Of a stretch of 64,000 nucleotides of DNA, positions 13,152 through 24,729 are shown in pieces (the first letter of the stretch is position 1; every line of letters starts with the position of its first letter). Below the pieces are notes generated by a model that saw only the letters and a program-made list of their open reading frames with translations, had not been told where the DNA came from and did no database searches. Origin of the DNA: an uncultured Actinomycetota bacterium (GTDB lineage Bacteria > Actinomycetota > Actinomycetes > Propionibacteriales > Propionibacteriaceae); contig CAWCUX010000009.1 of the NCBI GenBank assembly GCA_963798885.1, positions 33,477 through 97,476 of the forward strand, read 5' to 3'. The translations under genes were made by a program, and so were the position numbers.

Positions 13152-14257
13152 CGCGACTCCCGTCGGTGGTCGCGCCGGGGCATGCCCGTCGGCGGGGTGA
13201 GGGCCGACTCGTACCGGTCGTAGGCCGCCACGATCCGCCCCACGAGCTTGTGCCGCACTACGTCGTGGCTGGTCAGGGTGCAGAAGGCGATGTCGTCGAG
13301 GCCGTCGAGGATCCCCTGCACAGCGCGGAGTCCGCTGGGCTGCCCGCCGGGCAGGTCGACCTGGGTGATGTCGCCGGTGACGACCACCTTCGAGCCGAAC
13401 CCGAGCCGGGTGAGGAACATCTTCATCTGCTCCATCGAGGTGTTCTGCGCCTCGTCGAGGATGATGAACGCGTCGTTCAGGGTGCGTCCGCGCATGTATG
13501 CCAGGGGTGCCACCTCGATGGTTCCGGCCGTCAACAGCTTGGGCACCGAGTCGGGGTCGACCATGTCGTGCAGGGCGTCGTACAACGGACGCAGGTAGGG
13601 GTCGATCTTGTCGTTGAGCGTGCCGGGAAGGAACCCGAGCCGTTCGCCCGCCTCGATGGCCGGTCGGGTGAGGATGATCCGGTTGACCACCTTCGCCTGC
13701 AACGCCTGGACGGCCTTGGCCATCGCGAGATAGGTCTTGCCGGTGCCCGCGGGCCCGATGCCGAACACGACCGTGTGGGCATCGATGGCGTCGACGTACC
13801 GCTTCTGGTTGAGCGTCTTGGGGCGGATCGTGCGGCCCCGGCTCGACAGGATGTTGTGGGTGAGCACCTCGGCGGGCCGCACGTCGGGGTTGGCGGCGCT
13901 CATGGAGACGATCCGCTCGATCGTCTCGGAGGTGAGCCCCTGCCCCGTGCGCAGTACCGTGATCATCTCGGTGAGCACCTCGGTGGCGTGGGAGACATCG
14001 GCGGTGGTGCCGTCGACGGTGACCTCGTTGCCCCGCACGAAGATGTCGGCGGTCAGCTGCTGTTCCAGCAGACGGAGGAACTCGTCCCGGGGGCCAACGA
14101 CGTTCACCATGTCGATCGATGCGGGAACCGTGATCACACGGTGACCCGGCAGGTGGGCGATGTCGTGGGGCTGGCTGGTGCTCAGAGTGTCTCCCGGGTG
14201 TGCGGCGAGTGGCCGCAGCGTCGGCTCGGCCACGGTGAGGTCTGCGACGAGGCTCAC
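13148..14257 (-). CDS. phoH: PhoH-like ATPase. Start uncertain.
   Basis: Within ORF 13148-14383. Walker A GPAGTGKTYLA and ...FIILDEAQNT... are present. The ORF's N-terminal extension is probably non-coding. GTG 14257 or GTG 14233 are candidate starts. Confidence 0.85.
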   Translation of the reverse strand: MSLVADLTVAEPTLRPLAAHPGDTLSTSQPHDIAHLPGHRVITVPASIDMVNVVGPRDEFLRLLEQQLTADIFVRGNEVTVDGTTADVSHATEVLTEMITVLRTGQGLTSETIERIVSMSAANPDVRPAEVLTHNILSSRGRTIRPKTLNQKRYVDAIDAHTVVFGIGPAGTGKTYLAMAKAVQALQAKVVNRIILTRPAIEAGERLGFLPGTLNDKIDPYLRPLYDALHDMVDPDSVPKLLTAGTIEVAPLAYMRGRTLNDAFIILDEAQNTSMEQMKMFLTRLGFGSKVVVTGDITQVDLPGGQPSGLRAVQGILDGLDDIAFCTLTSHDVVRHKLVGRIVAAYDRYESALTPPTGMPRRDHRRESR

Positions 14258-14390
14258 CGCATCCCATGCTACGGTCCCCGGTCGGTCGGGACCAGCCGCG
14301 ACGGGGTGCGTGCGTCGGCCGGGCAGCGATCGGCACGGCGGGACCGGTTCCCAGGGCGGACCGCTCGTGCTTGGATGGTCCACCGTGACG

Positions 14391-15119
14391 ATGCCTCTCG
14401 ATACCCAGTCGCGATCGCCCGTGGCCTCACCCGACGCCGGCCGCGTCCACTACGCCACCGGAGCCACCACCCACTACGACCTCGTCGTGGCCCTGTTCGT
14501 GAGCCTGCTGCTCATCTCGGGCGTCACCGCGGCGAAGCTGTTCGAGGGCCCACGCATCCCCGGGTTCAGTTCGTGGTTCTACGGTGGCGGCAACCTGATC
14601 TTCGACGGTGGCGCGTTCCTGTTCCCGCTGTCGTACGTGGTCGACGACGTGATGACCGAGGTCTACGGGTGGCGCCGGGCCAAGCGGGCGATCTGGATGG
14701 GGTTCGCGATGATGATCCTCGCCGCGATCACCTACCGGGTGGTGGCCCTCACCACCCCCGTGCCGGGTTTCGAGGCCTGGAACCAGGTACTCGCCCCGGT
14801 CACCCGGATCACCATCGCGAGCCTGTCGGGTTACCTGGCCGGGGAACTGCTCAACTCCCTCGTGGTGGTGCGGATCAAGGCCCGAATGGCCGAACGCGCG
14901 GTGGCGTTGCGGCTGATCGCCTCGACCCTGGTCGGCGAGTTCGTCGACACCCTGCTGTTCTGCACGATCGCCTACGCTTTCTCGATCTCGTGGGGCGAAC
15001 TGGCGAACTACACGATCACCGGATACGTCTACAAGTGTCTCGTGGAGTTGTGTGTGGTGCCGATCAGCCTGGGCGTGATCCGGTGGCTCAAGCGGGTCGA
15101 GCCCACGTACGGCAGCTGA
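14391..15119 (+). CDS. VUT-family (YhhQ/DUF165-like) queuosine-precursor transporter.
   Basis: ATG 14391 within ORF 14160-15119. It is a multi-TM protein with ...IFDGGAFLFPLSYVVDDVMTEVYGWRRAKRAIWMGF... and ...LVGEFVDTLLFCTIAY..., which I recognise as typical of YhhQ-like proteins. Confidence 0.7.
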   Translation: MPLDTQSRSPVASPDAGRVHYATGATTHYDLVVALFVSLLLISGVTAAKLFEGPRIPGFSSWFYGGGNLIFDGGAFLFPLSYVVDDVMTEVYGWRRAKRAIWMGFAMMILAAITYRVVALTTPVPGFEAWNQVLAPVTRITIASLSGYLAGELLNSLVVVRIKARMAERAVALRLIASTLVGEFVDTLLFCTIAYAFSISWGELANYTITGYVYKCLVELCVVPISLGVIRWLKRVEPTYGS

Positions 15120-15129
15120 GCCGGCCCGC

Positions 15130-16202
15130 TCAGCGGGCGAACCGGTCGGTGGCGGTGACCAACTCACGGCAGATGTTCGGTTCCATCGCCGAGTGGCCGG
15201 CCAGCACCATCCGCAGTTCGGCCTCGGGCCAGGCCCGGTGCAGGTCGATCGCGGTGGTGGCCGGGCACGGCAGGTCGTAGCGTCCCTGCACGATGACGGC
15301 AGGGATGTCGCGCAGCTTCCCGGCGTCGGCGATGAGTTGGCCCTCGGTGAACCAGCCGCCGTGGACGAAGTAGTGGTTCTCGATCCGCGCGAACGCCAAC
15401 GCGTAGTCGGGGTCGGACATCGACTCGACGTGGGCCGGCGAGTAGAGCAGGGTCGAGGTGGCCGCCTCCCACCGGGTCCATGCGAGCCCCGCGGCGCGGG
15501 CCACCGCGGGGTCATCGTGCCACAGCAGGCGGTGGTAGGCGCCGATGTTGTCCTGGCCGAGGTCGTGGCCGGCCCGGCGCAACGGCTCGCAGAACACGTC
15601 CCACCATTCGGGGGCGATGTGCCCGGCACCCTCGTTGTAGTACCAGTCGAGTTCGCTGCGACGCAGCGTGAAGATCCCCCGCAGCACCATCGCGGTCACC
15701 CGGTCGGGGTGGGCTTCGGCGTAGGCGAGCGCAAGGCTGCTCCCCCACGATCCCCCGAACACCAGCCAGCGCTCGACCCCGAGGTGGGTGCGCAGCCGTT
15801 CGAGGTCGCCCACGAGGTGCCAGGTGGTGTTGACCATCGGGTCGGCGTCGGGGGTCGCCGCGTGCGGGGTCGACGCGCCGCACTGGCGCTGGTCGAAGCA
15901 GATGATCCGATAACGCTCCGGGTCGAAGAACCGGCGCCGGTCGGTGCCCCCGCCCCCTCCGGGGCCGCCGTGCACGAACACGGCCGGCTTGCCGTCGGCA
16001 CGCCCGCTCTGTTCGTAGTAGACGAGCTGGCCGTCACCGACGTCGAGCATCCCCGCATCGTAGGGTTCGAGCGGCGGATAGAGGGCCTCGGACGGGGGGA
16101 ACTGCGCGCCGGCGACCACCATGCTCGACAGGTCAACGGGCGTCGGCGCAGGTGGGGCGGACGCCGGACCCGTCGGTTGCCCGACGGGATCAGTGCCGCG
16201 TG

Positions 16203-16206
<4 letters not shown>
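15130..16206 (-). CDS. pip: Prolyl aminopeptidase (proline iminopeptidase), alpha/beta hydrolase.
   Basis: Intact 358 aa. HGGPGGGG, FDQRQCGAST and the nucleophile elbow GGSWGSSL are present. Confidence 0.85.
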
Positions 16207-17971
<1,765 letters not shown>

Positions 17972-17975
<4 letters not shown>

Positions 17976-18725
17976 GCGGAGGTCACGGCCGCCAGCGCCG
18001 TCGCCTGGGCGAGTGCGACGGTTCCCGCGGTCGACGTGCGCAACACGGCGTCGCTCACCAGCGCGGTCCGCGCGCCGGCGGCGGCGAAGCACGGCGAGCT
18101 CCTCGTCGCTCACGCCGCCCTCGGGGCCGACGATGAACACCACCGAACCGTGGGTGGGCAAACTCAACTGGTGCAGCCAGGCGTCGGCGGACTCGTGCAG
18201 CACGACCGCGAGGTCGGCGTCGCGCACGATCTCGATCACGTCATCGGTGGTGGCGTATCCGATCGCGCGGCACCCGGAGCCGACGGGACTGCTTGGCGGC
18301 CTCGCGGGCGGTCGAGGTCCACTTCGCGACACCCTTGTCGGACTTTGGCCTCCCAGCGGACGACACACCGGGACGCCTGCCATGCGATGATCGGCGTCGA
18401 CGCCGAGTTCGGTCAGGGTCTCCACCGCGAGGTCACTGCGATCGCCCTTCGCGAGGGCCTGGACGACGGTGTATCGCACCCGCCGCGCGGGCGCGCTACA
18501 GCACCTCCGACACCCGCACCGCGAGCCGCTGCCGTTCGGCCTCGACGACCTCACCCTGAATGCCGTGCCCATCGCCGTCGCCGAGGTAGACCTGCTCGCC
18601 GGGACGCACGCGACGCACCGCGACCGCATGGCGTGCCTCGTCACCGCGTGATCGCGACCACGTCTCCGACGCGGACGGCGGTCGCGTCGATCGGGTCGGT
18701 CGACGAGGAACAGCGGGTCGGTCAT
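17972..18725 (-). pseudogene. rsmE: 16S rRNA (uracil1498-N3)-methyltransferase RsmE, with several frame breaks.
   Basis: MTDPLFLVD..., ...YTVVQALAKGDRSDLAVETLTELGVDA... and ...VVFIVGPEGGVSDEELAVL... are separated by out-of-frame stretches. The length (754 nt) is not a multiple of 3. Its TGA overlaps the tgt ATG (ATGA). Confidence 0.75.
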
Positions 18726-19898
18726 GCGCCGAATGCCTCCTTGAGGCGTCCGAACACCGACCTGTTCGGTGACTGGTGCCGAGCGGTCACGGTGGTCTCG
18801 TCGCGCAACTCGGCGAGCCGGCGCAGCAGGTCGCGCTGCTCATCGTCGAGCCGGGTGGGGGTCTGGACGAGGAACGTCACGCCGAGATCCCCGCGTCCGC
18901 CGCCCCTGAGCCGCGGGACGCCCCGCCCGGTGAGCGCGACCCGGGTTCCGGGCTGCGTGCCGGGGGGTACCGTCACCTCGACCTGGCGCTCCTCGGGCCG
19001 CGAGTCGTCGCGTTCGGCCTCGAGGGTGCCCAACGTGATCGTGGTGCCCAAAGCCGCGGCGGTCATCGGGATCTTGATGACCGTCTCGAGGTTGTCGCCG
19101 TCGCGCTTGAAGGTGTCATGGTCGAGCACGTGCAACTCGACGTAGAGGTCGCCGGCGGGTCCCCCGCCCGGCCCGACCTCGCCGTGCGACTCGAGGTGGA
19201 TGCGGTTGCCGGTGTGCACGCCGGCGGGGATCTTCACGTTGATGGTGCGGTTGCTGCGCACCCGTCCCTCGCCGGAACACTCCCCGCACGGGTGCGGGAT
19301 GACGGTGCCGAAGCCGCGGCACTGGGGGCACGGCTGTGACGTGCGGATGTCACCGAGGAACGACCGCTGCACCTGGGTGACCTCGCCCCGCCCGTCACAC
19401 AACGAACACGTGACCGGCTGGGAGCCATCTGCCGCACCGGATCCGCTGCAGCGCGGGCAGACGACCGCGGTGTCGACGTTGAGGGCCTTGGTGACCCCGA
19501 ACGCCGCCTCGCCGAGGGTCGAGATCCATCCGGACCAGCGCGTCCTGGCCCCTGCGCACCCGGGACCGGGGGCCCCGCGATGTCGCGGCGCCGAACATGG
19601 CGTCGACCAGGTTGGTGAAGTCGAATCCACCGCTGAAACCGCCACCCTGGCCGAATCCACCGAACCCGCCGCCGTAGCCGCCGCCCAACGGGTCGCCGCC
19701 CCGGTCGTAGATGTCCCGCTTGTGCGGGTCGTGGAGCACCTCGTAGGCCTCCTGCACCTGCTTGAACTTTTCGGCGGCGTCGGGTTCCTGGGCGACGTCG
19801 GGGTGAACCTTCATCGCCATCCGCCGATAGGCCTTCTTGATCTGCTCGGGCGTCGCATCGCGCGGCACGCCGAGCACCTCGTAGTAGTCAGTGCTCAT
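18722..19898 (-). pseudogene. dnaJ: Molecular chaperone DnaJ, with a single frame break near 19517.
   Basis: The J-domain [34 protein letters not shown] and the G/F region lie in ORF 19395-19898. The Zn-finger CxxCxGxG repeats and C-terminal domains lie in ORF 18722-19660. Dropping one G of GGG 19516-19518 rejoins them as ...[13 protein letters not shown].... Confidence 0.9.
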
Positions 19899-19910
19899 GA
19901 GTGGTGTCGA

Positions 19911-20933
19911 TCATCCTTCTGCCAGGAAACGGCCGACGTATCGGGCCACGGCGCGCACCGAGGCCATCGTCGAGGGGTAGTCCATGCGGGTGGGGCCGAC
20001 GATGCCAAGGGTCGCGCGGCCATCGGACACTGTGCCATAGCTGCTGGCGACGAGCGAAGTCGTCTGCAGCGTCTCGTAGGGATTCTCGTGACCGATCCGC
20101 ACGGTCACCTCGCCTTCGGCGGCCGTCGCGGCCTCGCCGAGCAGCCGGAGCAGCACGACGTTCTCCTCGAGTGCCTCGAGCACCGGCCGCACCGTCGTGT
20201 CGAACTGGTCGCCGAAGCGCGCCAGGTTGGGCACCCCGCCGACGACGACCCGCTCGGACGCGTCGCTGGCGAGCATGTCGAGCAGCAGGGCGATCACCGG
20301 CGTGCCGACCGGACGGAGCGCCCGATCGAGCTCGGTGGCCAGGATCGCCAGCCGGTCGACGGCCGCCGACGGCGCAAGCCCGATGATCTGAGCGTTGAGC
20401 ATGGCCCGCAGCTGGCCGATCTGGTCGTCGCTGATGTGCGGCAGTTCGAGGGTGCGCTGGTCGACGGTTCCGCTCGAGGTGATCAGCACCACCAGCGCAC
20501 GATCGGTGGTGAGCCCCACGAGCTCGACGTGCCGCACCTGGGCCGCCGGCGCCGCGGGATACTGCACGATGGCGACCTGCCGGGTGATCTGGGCCAACAG
20601 CCGCACCGTGCGACCCATGACATCGTCGAGGTCGATCGCCCCCGCGAGAAAGGTGCTGATCGCCCGGCGCTCCGCCGGCGACAACGGCTTCACCGTCGCC
20701 AGTCGGTCGACGAACAGGCGATAGCCCTTGTCGGTGGGGATCCGCCCGGCGCTCGTGTGCGGCTGGACGATGTAGCCCTCCTCTTCGAGCACGGCCATGT
20801 CGTTGCGCACGGTGGCGGGCGACACCCGCAAGCCGTGTCGCTCCACCAGCGATTTCGACCCGACGGGCTCCTTGCTCGACACGTAATCGGTGACGATCGC
20901 CTTGAGCACGTCGAGTTTACGGTCGTCGAGCAT
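19911..20933 (-). CDS. hrcA: Heat-inducible transcription repressor HrcA.
   Basis: Intact 340 aa. MLDDRKLDVLKAIVTDYVSSKEPVGSKSLVERHGLRVSPATVRNDMAVLEEEGYI.... Confidence 0.95.
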   Translation of the reverse strand: MLDDRKLDVLKAIVTDYVSSKEPVGSKSLVERHGLRVSPATVRNDMAVLEEEGYIVQPHTSAGRIPTDKGYRLFVDRLATVKPLSPAERRAISTFLAGAIDLDDVMGRTVRLLAQITRQVAIVQYPAAPAAQVRHVELVGLTTDRALVVLITSSGTVDQRTLELPHISDDQIGQLRAMLNAQIIGLAPSAAVDRLAILATELDRALRPVGTPVIALLLDMLASDASERVVVGGVPNLARFGDQFDTTVRPVLEALEENVVLLRLLGEAATAAEGEVTVRIGHENPYETLQTTSLVASSYGTVSDGRATLGIVGPTRMDYPSTMASVRAVARYVGRFLAEG

Positions 20934-21024
20934 CGTCCCTCCTCACGCCATCTCGAGGTGCGCCCTCCCCCATCCCTGGCCGTGGCCGCACACGGACTCG
21001 GCGGCTGGGGTGGGCACGGCAGAC

Positions 21025-21051
21025 CTGGCACTCACGTCGTGCGAGTGCCAG
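21025..21051. promoter_or_regulatory. CIRCE operator (HrcA binding site) upstream of hrcA-dnaJ.
   Basis: CTGGCACTC-N9-GAGTGCCAG is a perfect 9-bp inverted repeat with a 9-nt spacer, 92-118 nt upstream of the hrcA start. The known consensus is TTAGCACTC-N9-GAGTGCTAA. Confidence 0.85.
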
Positions 21052-21121
21052 CTTACCCGGCAACGTCAATCCGCGGGAATCCGGACCCGTCGCTGCCCGC
21101 TCTGCGTGCCGGCCGATCCCG

Positions 21122-21997
21122 TCAGACCGAGCTGATGGGCAGGCCGCGCCGCGGGGCGACGCCCTTACCCCGAAGCTCGTCGTAGATGTGCGGCAGGATG
21201 TCGACGACGTGCTGCGGCGCGAACGGCCAGGAATAGTTGCGCGGGCCGTTGAAGTCGGCGACGACGTCGTCGAGGCCGACCCCTTCGCGGAACCGGTCTT
21301 CGGCGCTGGTCCACATCGCCGCGAGCGCAGCCTGTTGTTCGGCCACCGCCATCGCGTCGGCGGGTTCTCCGTGCCCGGGCACGAACACCAGATCCTCGGC
21401 GTGACCGGCACCCGACAGCACGCCGTCGAGGGCCATCGACCACCCCGAGAGGCTCGAGTCGGGGCCGACCGCGGGGTCGGCCGAGGTCTCGATGAGATCA
21501 CCGGTGAACACCACGCGGGCGTCGGGCACGTAGACGCACAGGTCGCCGTCGGTATGGGCGGGCCCCGGCGCCAGGATCTCGATCCGCCGGCCTCCGAGGT
21601 CGAGTGCCTTGACGATGGCGATGTCGTCGGTGGGGGCGACGAGTTCGGCGACGTCGAACCCGAGTTCGCGCCGGATCACCTCAGGATCGATGTCATCCCC
21701 GCCCAGCCTGGCCCGTAGGGACTCATGCCCGTAGGACACGACGCCGCCGAGGCCGGCCAGTCCGAAGAAGTGGTCGAAGTGCCAGTGGGTGACCACCACG
21801 TGGGTGATCGGCCGACCGAGGAGATCGACCACAGAACGCGCGATGTCGGCACCCTGCTCGGGCGACGACCCGGTGTCGATGAGCAGCACGGCATCGTCAC
21901 CCACGACGAGCCCGATATTGACGGTTGCCGGCTCGAGGGTCGCCATGTGGACACCGTCGCGCACCTGTCGCCAGGGCGATCTCGCGAAATCACGCAT
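21122..21997 (-). CDS. MBL-fold metallo-hydrolase (possible persulfide dioxygenase-like enzyme). Start uncertain.
   Basis: Within ORF 21122-22108. HxHxDH motif VVVTHWHFDHFFGL, and later ...HTDGD... and ...VPGHGEP.... Candidate starts are ATG 21997 or ATG 21946, which would leave the operator at 22063 in the intergenic region. Confidence 0.75.
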   Translation of the reverse strand: MRDFARSPWRQVRDGVHMATLEPATVNIGLVVGDDAVLLIDTGSSPEQGADIARSVVDLLGRPITHVVVTHWHFDHFFGLAGLGGVVSYGHESLRARLGGDDIDPEVIRRELGFDVAELVAPTDDIAIVKALDLGGRRIEILAPGPAHTDGDLCVYVPDARVVFTGDLIETSADPAVGPDSSLSGWSMALDGVLSGAGHAEDLVFVPGHGEPADAMAVAEQQAALAAMWTSAEDRFREGVGLDDVVADFNGPRNYSWPFAPQHVVDILPHIYDELRGKGVAPRRGLPISSV

Positions 21998-22062
21998 GCG
22001 AGTGAGACTAACGCGACCCGTCCCGAACGCCGCAACGAGTATGGCCCCGCGCCGACATTCAG

Positions 22063-22078
22063 ACACCCCACGGGGTAT
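22063..22078. promoter_or_regulatory. CsoR/CstR-type operator-like palindrome (site 1), between the divergent MBL and DUF2892 genes.
   Basis: ACACCCC-AC-GGGGTAT. Confidence 0.55.
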
Positions 22079-22141
22079 CTTGGATATAGTCCCGTGGGTG
22101 CGTCGCACCCTGCACCGGGAATCGTGACCGAGGAGCCCACC

Positions 22142-22345
22142 ATGACCACCAACGTCGGAACCACCGACCGCCTCATCCGCCTTGTCGCCGCCGTCGTGGC
22201 CGTGATCGTGGCGTTCGCCGTCGGAATCGCCAGCGCCGGCGGGATCATCCTGCTGATCGTCGGCATCGTCCTCGCCGCGACGGCGCTGCTGAGGTTCTGC
22301 CCCATCTACCGGCTGTTCGGCATCGGAACCGGTGCCGCGAAGTAG
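22142..22345 (+). CDS. DUF2892 (YgaP C-terminal-like) small membrane protein.
   Basis: MTTNVGTTDRLIRLVAAVVAVIVAFAV...LLRFCPIYRLFGIG (67 aa). ATG 22142 lies within ORF 21725-22345. Confidence 0.7.
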   Translation: MTTNVGTTDRLIRLVAAVVAVIVAFAVGIASAGGIILLIVGIVLAATALLRFCPIYRLFGIGTGAAK

Positions 22346-22403
22346 GTGCCGGCGTCAAGCCGTCGGTGACCCGTCCTTGCGACACCCGGACGGGTCCGAT
22401 GAC

Positions 22404-22423
22404 ATATACCCCGGTGGGTATAT
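22404..22423. promoter_or_regulatory. CsoR/CstR-type operator-like palindrome (site 2), 56 nt upstream of SQR.
   Basis: ATATACCC-CGGT-GGGTATAT, a perfect 8-bp inverted repeat. Confidence 0.6.
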
Positions 22424-22478
22424 AGTCATCGTGGTCGGGTCACCCCGATAACGTGCGTAACGCTTCGAAGGAGCAGCG

Positions 22479-23937
22479 GTGTCTGACGTTGTCATCCTGG
22501 GGGCGGGGATATCGGGCCACACGGCCGCCCTGCACCTCAGCCGTCTACTCGGCCGACAGCACCGGATCACGGTGGTGTCGCCCAATTCCAACTGGAACTG
22601 GATCCCCTCCAACATCTGGGTCGGGGTCGGCAAGATGTCGAAGAACGACGTCGTCTTCCCCCTGGCCCCGATCTATCGACGCAAGGGCATCGAGTTCATT
22701 CAGGCCAGGGCCGTCGCGATCCGCCCACACGGCGATGTCGACAGCGAGCGACCCGCCGTCGACATCGTGCACACCGCGCCCGGCCGGTCGGGACGCGAGG
22801 AGCGGATCCGTTACGACTACCTCGTCAACGCCACCGGACCACAACTGCGCTTCCAGCGCCACCGAGGGCCTCGGACCCGAGCACGGCAACACCGTCTCGG
22901 TCTGCACCCCCGACCACGCGGTGGCGGCGTCCGAACGCCTGCGCGAGGTCATCGCGAGGTGCCGCGCCGGCGAGCGCCAGACCGTGGTCGTCGGCATGGG
23001 GCACGGCACCTGCACGTGTGAGGGCGCGGCCTTCGAGTATGTGTTCAACGTCGACAACGAGTTGCGCGAGGCCGGCGTCCGCGACATGGCGCGCGTCGTC
23101 TACCTCACCAACGAGAGCGAACTCGGCGACTTCGGCGTCGGCGGGATGACGTTCGCCGATCAGGGGTTCCAGACGACCTCCGAACTGTGGACGGCCTCGT
23201 TGTTCCGCGAACGCGGCGTCGAGGCCATCCTCGGGGCACACGTCGAGCGGGTCGAGCCGGGCGTGGTGCACTTCGAGACCCTCGACGGCCGGCACCACTC
23301 TCTCGGCTTCGACTTCGCGATGCTGCTGCCCCCGTTCGGCGGCGTCGGACTGGCGGCCTACGACCGTGACGGCAGCGACATCACCTCCCAGTTGTTCGCG
23401 CCGAACGGGTTCATGAAGGTCGACGCCGACTACTCCGGCAAGGCCTACGACCAGTGGAGCGCGAGCGACTGGCCCGAGACCTACCAGGCGCACGGTGTCG
23501 ACAACATCTGGGCGGTCGGGATCGCGTTCGCCCCACCACACCAGATCAGCCGCCCGCACACCTCGCCCAACGGCACGCCGATCACTCCGGCACCGCCGCG
23601 CACCGGGATGCCGTCGGGGGTCATGGGCAAGACGGTCGCCCTGACCATCGCCGACCGCATCCGCAAGGGCCCCATGGCCGTGGCCCACCGGGCGTCGATG
23701 GCCGACATGGGGGCGGCGTGCGTCGCCTCCGCCGGGGCGAACCTGCGCACCGGATCGGCCGCGGCGATGACCATGATGCCCGTGGTTCCCGACTTCAGCC
23801 GCTATCCCACCGGCCGCGACCTCCGGGAGACACGCGGCGAACTCGGGTTGGCGGGCCACTGGGTCAAGCTGATGCTCCATCACCTGTTCATCTACAAAGC
23901 CAAGGGCCTTCCCGGCTGGCACCTGATTCCGGAGTGA
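22479..23937 (+). pseudogene. Sulfide:quinone oxidoreductase-like FAD-dependent pyridine-nucleotide-disulfide oxidoreductase, with a frame break near 22860.
   Basis: ORF 22479-23021 starts MSDVVILGAGISGHTAALHLSR...WNWIPSNIWVGVG.... ORF 22453-23937 continues ...TEGLGPEHGNTVSVCTP...GMGHGTCTCEGAAFEY...MPSGVMGK.... Confidence 0.7.
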
Positions 23938-23942
23938 TCGAC

Positions 23943-24101
23943 ATGCCCGACAACGCCGACCTGCCCGTGGCCGACCTCAGCAAGGCGCCGCTCCCCACGG
24001 AGAACACACAGCGCTACCGCCGCAATCCCGTGGTTCAGACGTGGAAGTTCGCGGTGTTCAACGCCCGCATCATGCGGATGGTGCTCAAAGGCAAGCACTG
24101 A
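23943..24101 (+). CDS. Small hypothetical protein (52 aa) directly after SQR.
   Basis: ATG 23943 lies 6 nt after the SQR stop. MPDNADLPVADLSKAPLPTENTQRYRRNPVVQTWKFAVFNARIMRMVLKGKH. I recognise no family. Confidence 0.4.
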   Translation: MPDNADLPVADLSKAPLPTENTQRYRRNPVVQTWKFAVFNARIMRMVLKGKH

Positions 24102-24178
24102 CCCCCGGTCGCCGATCGGAACGCCCGCGACCCCCGAATCCAGCGGGAGTCGCGGGGGTCCACCCGGACCGGCCCGGG

Positions 24179-24541
24179 TCAGGCCAGTCGCAGGAAGAGC
24201 TTCTCCATCGCGTCGATGTCGACCTCGCTGGCTTCGGGGTCGGCGAGGCACTGTTGCATGCCCTGCGAGATCACCGCGAACCCGGCCCGCTGCACCGCCT
24301 TCGCCACGGCGGACAGCTGGGTCACGATGTCTTGGCAGCTGCGGTCGGTCTCGATCATGTGGATGACCCCGCCCAGTTGGCCGTGTGCCCGGCGGAGCCT
24401 GGCCAGAATCTCGGGCACGCCCTCGGGTTCGAGGCCCCGCGCGGGTCCGTGAGCGTCATGACCGTGCGCCTCGGACCCCGACGGTTCGGGGTCTGCGACG
24501 GCCGGTGGCGGCGCCGCGGTGACGCGTTCGATCTCAGACAT
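24179..24541 (-). CDS. CsoR/RcnR-family (DUF156) metal/persulfide-sensing repressor, CstR-like.
   Basis: ...ILARLRRAHGQLGGVIHMIETDRSCQDIVTQLSAVAKAVQRAGFAVISQGMQQCLAD... has two Cys and no His at -4 from the second Cys. ATG 24541 is preferred. The ORF extends to GTG 24658. Confidence 0.8.
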   Translation of the reverse strand: MSEIERVTAAPPPAVADPEPSGSEAHGHDAHGPARGLEPEGVPEILARLRRAHGQLGGVIHMIETDRSCQDIVTQLSAVAKAVQRAGFAVISQGMQQCLADPEASEVDIDAMEKLFLRLA

Positions 24542-24671
24542 CGTCGTGACACCCCCGTGTCCTGCCGAGCGCTGTGCGTCGAACCCGCGGGGCTCGGCAC
24601 GACCCCGGCCATCCCCCGCTCGGGAGGAATGTGCGGGTCCGGTGGCCGGCGATCTCACTCACAGGAGCATC

Positions 24672-24687
24672 ATACCCCGTGGGGTAT
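24672..24687. promoter_or_regulatory. CsoR/CstR-type operator-like palindrome (site 3), between the regulator and TauE.
   Basis: ATACCCC-GT-GGGGTAT, a perfect 7-bp inverted repeat, 43 nt upstream of GTG 24730. Confidence 0.65.
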
Positions 24688-24729
24688 AGTCATGTCACGG
24701 ACCACTCCCTATCCGGAAGGTAGCCGTTC

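Noticed and set aside
13166-15280. Very long ORFs lying antisense to, or out of frame with, recognised genes. Examples: 13166-15280 (704 aa), 19200-21185 (661 aa), 41380-43482 (700 aa), 32186-34276 (696 aa), 4182-5423, 8230-9549, 12693-14336 upstream part, 28474-30975 upstream part, 35506-37035.
   Set aside because: Their translations are Arg/Pro/Gly/Ala-rich low-complexity sequence, typical of stop-poor alternative frames in high-G+C DNA. Each overlaps a gene with clear family motifs in another frame or on the other strand.
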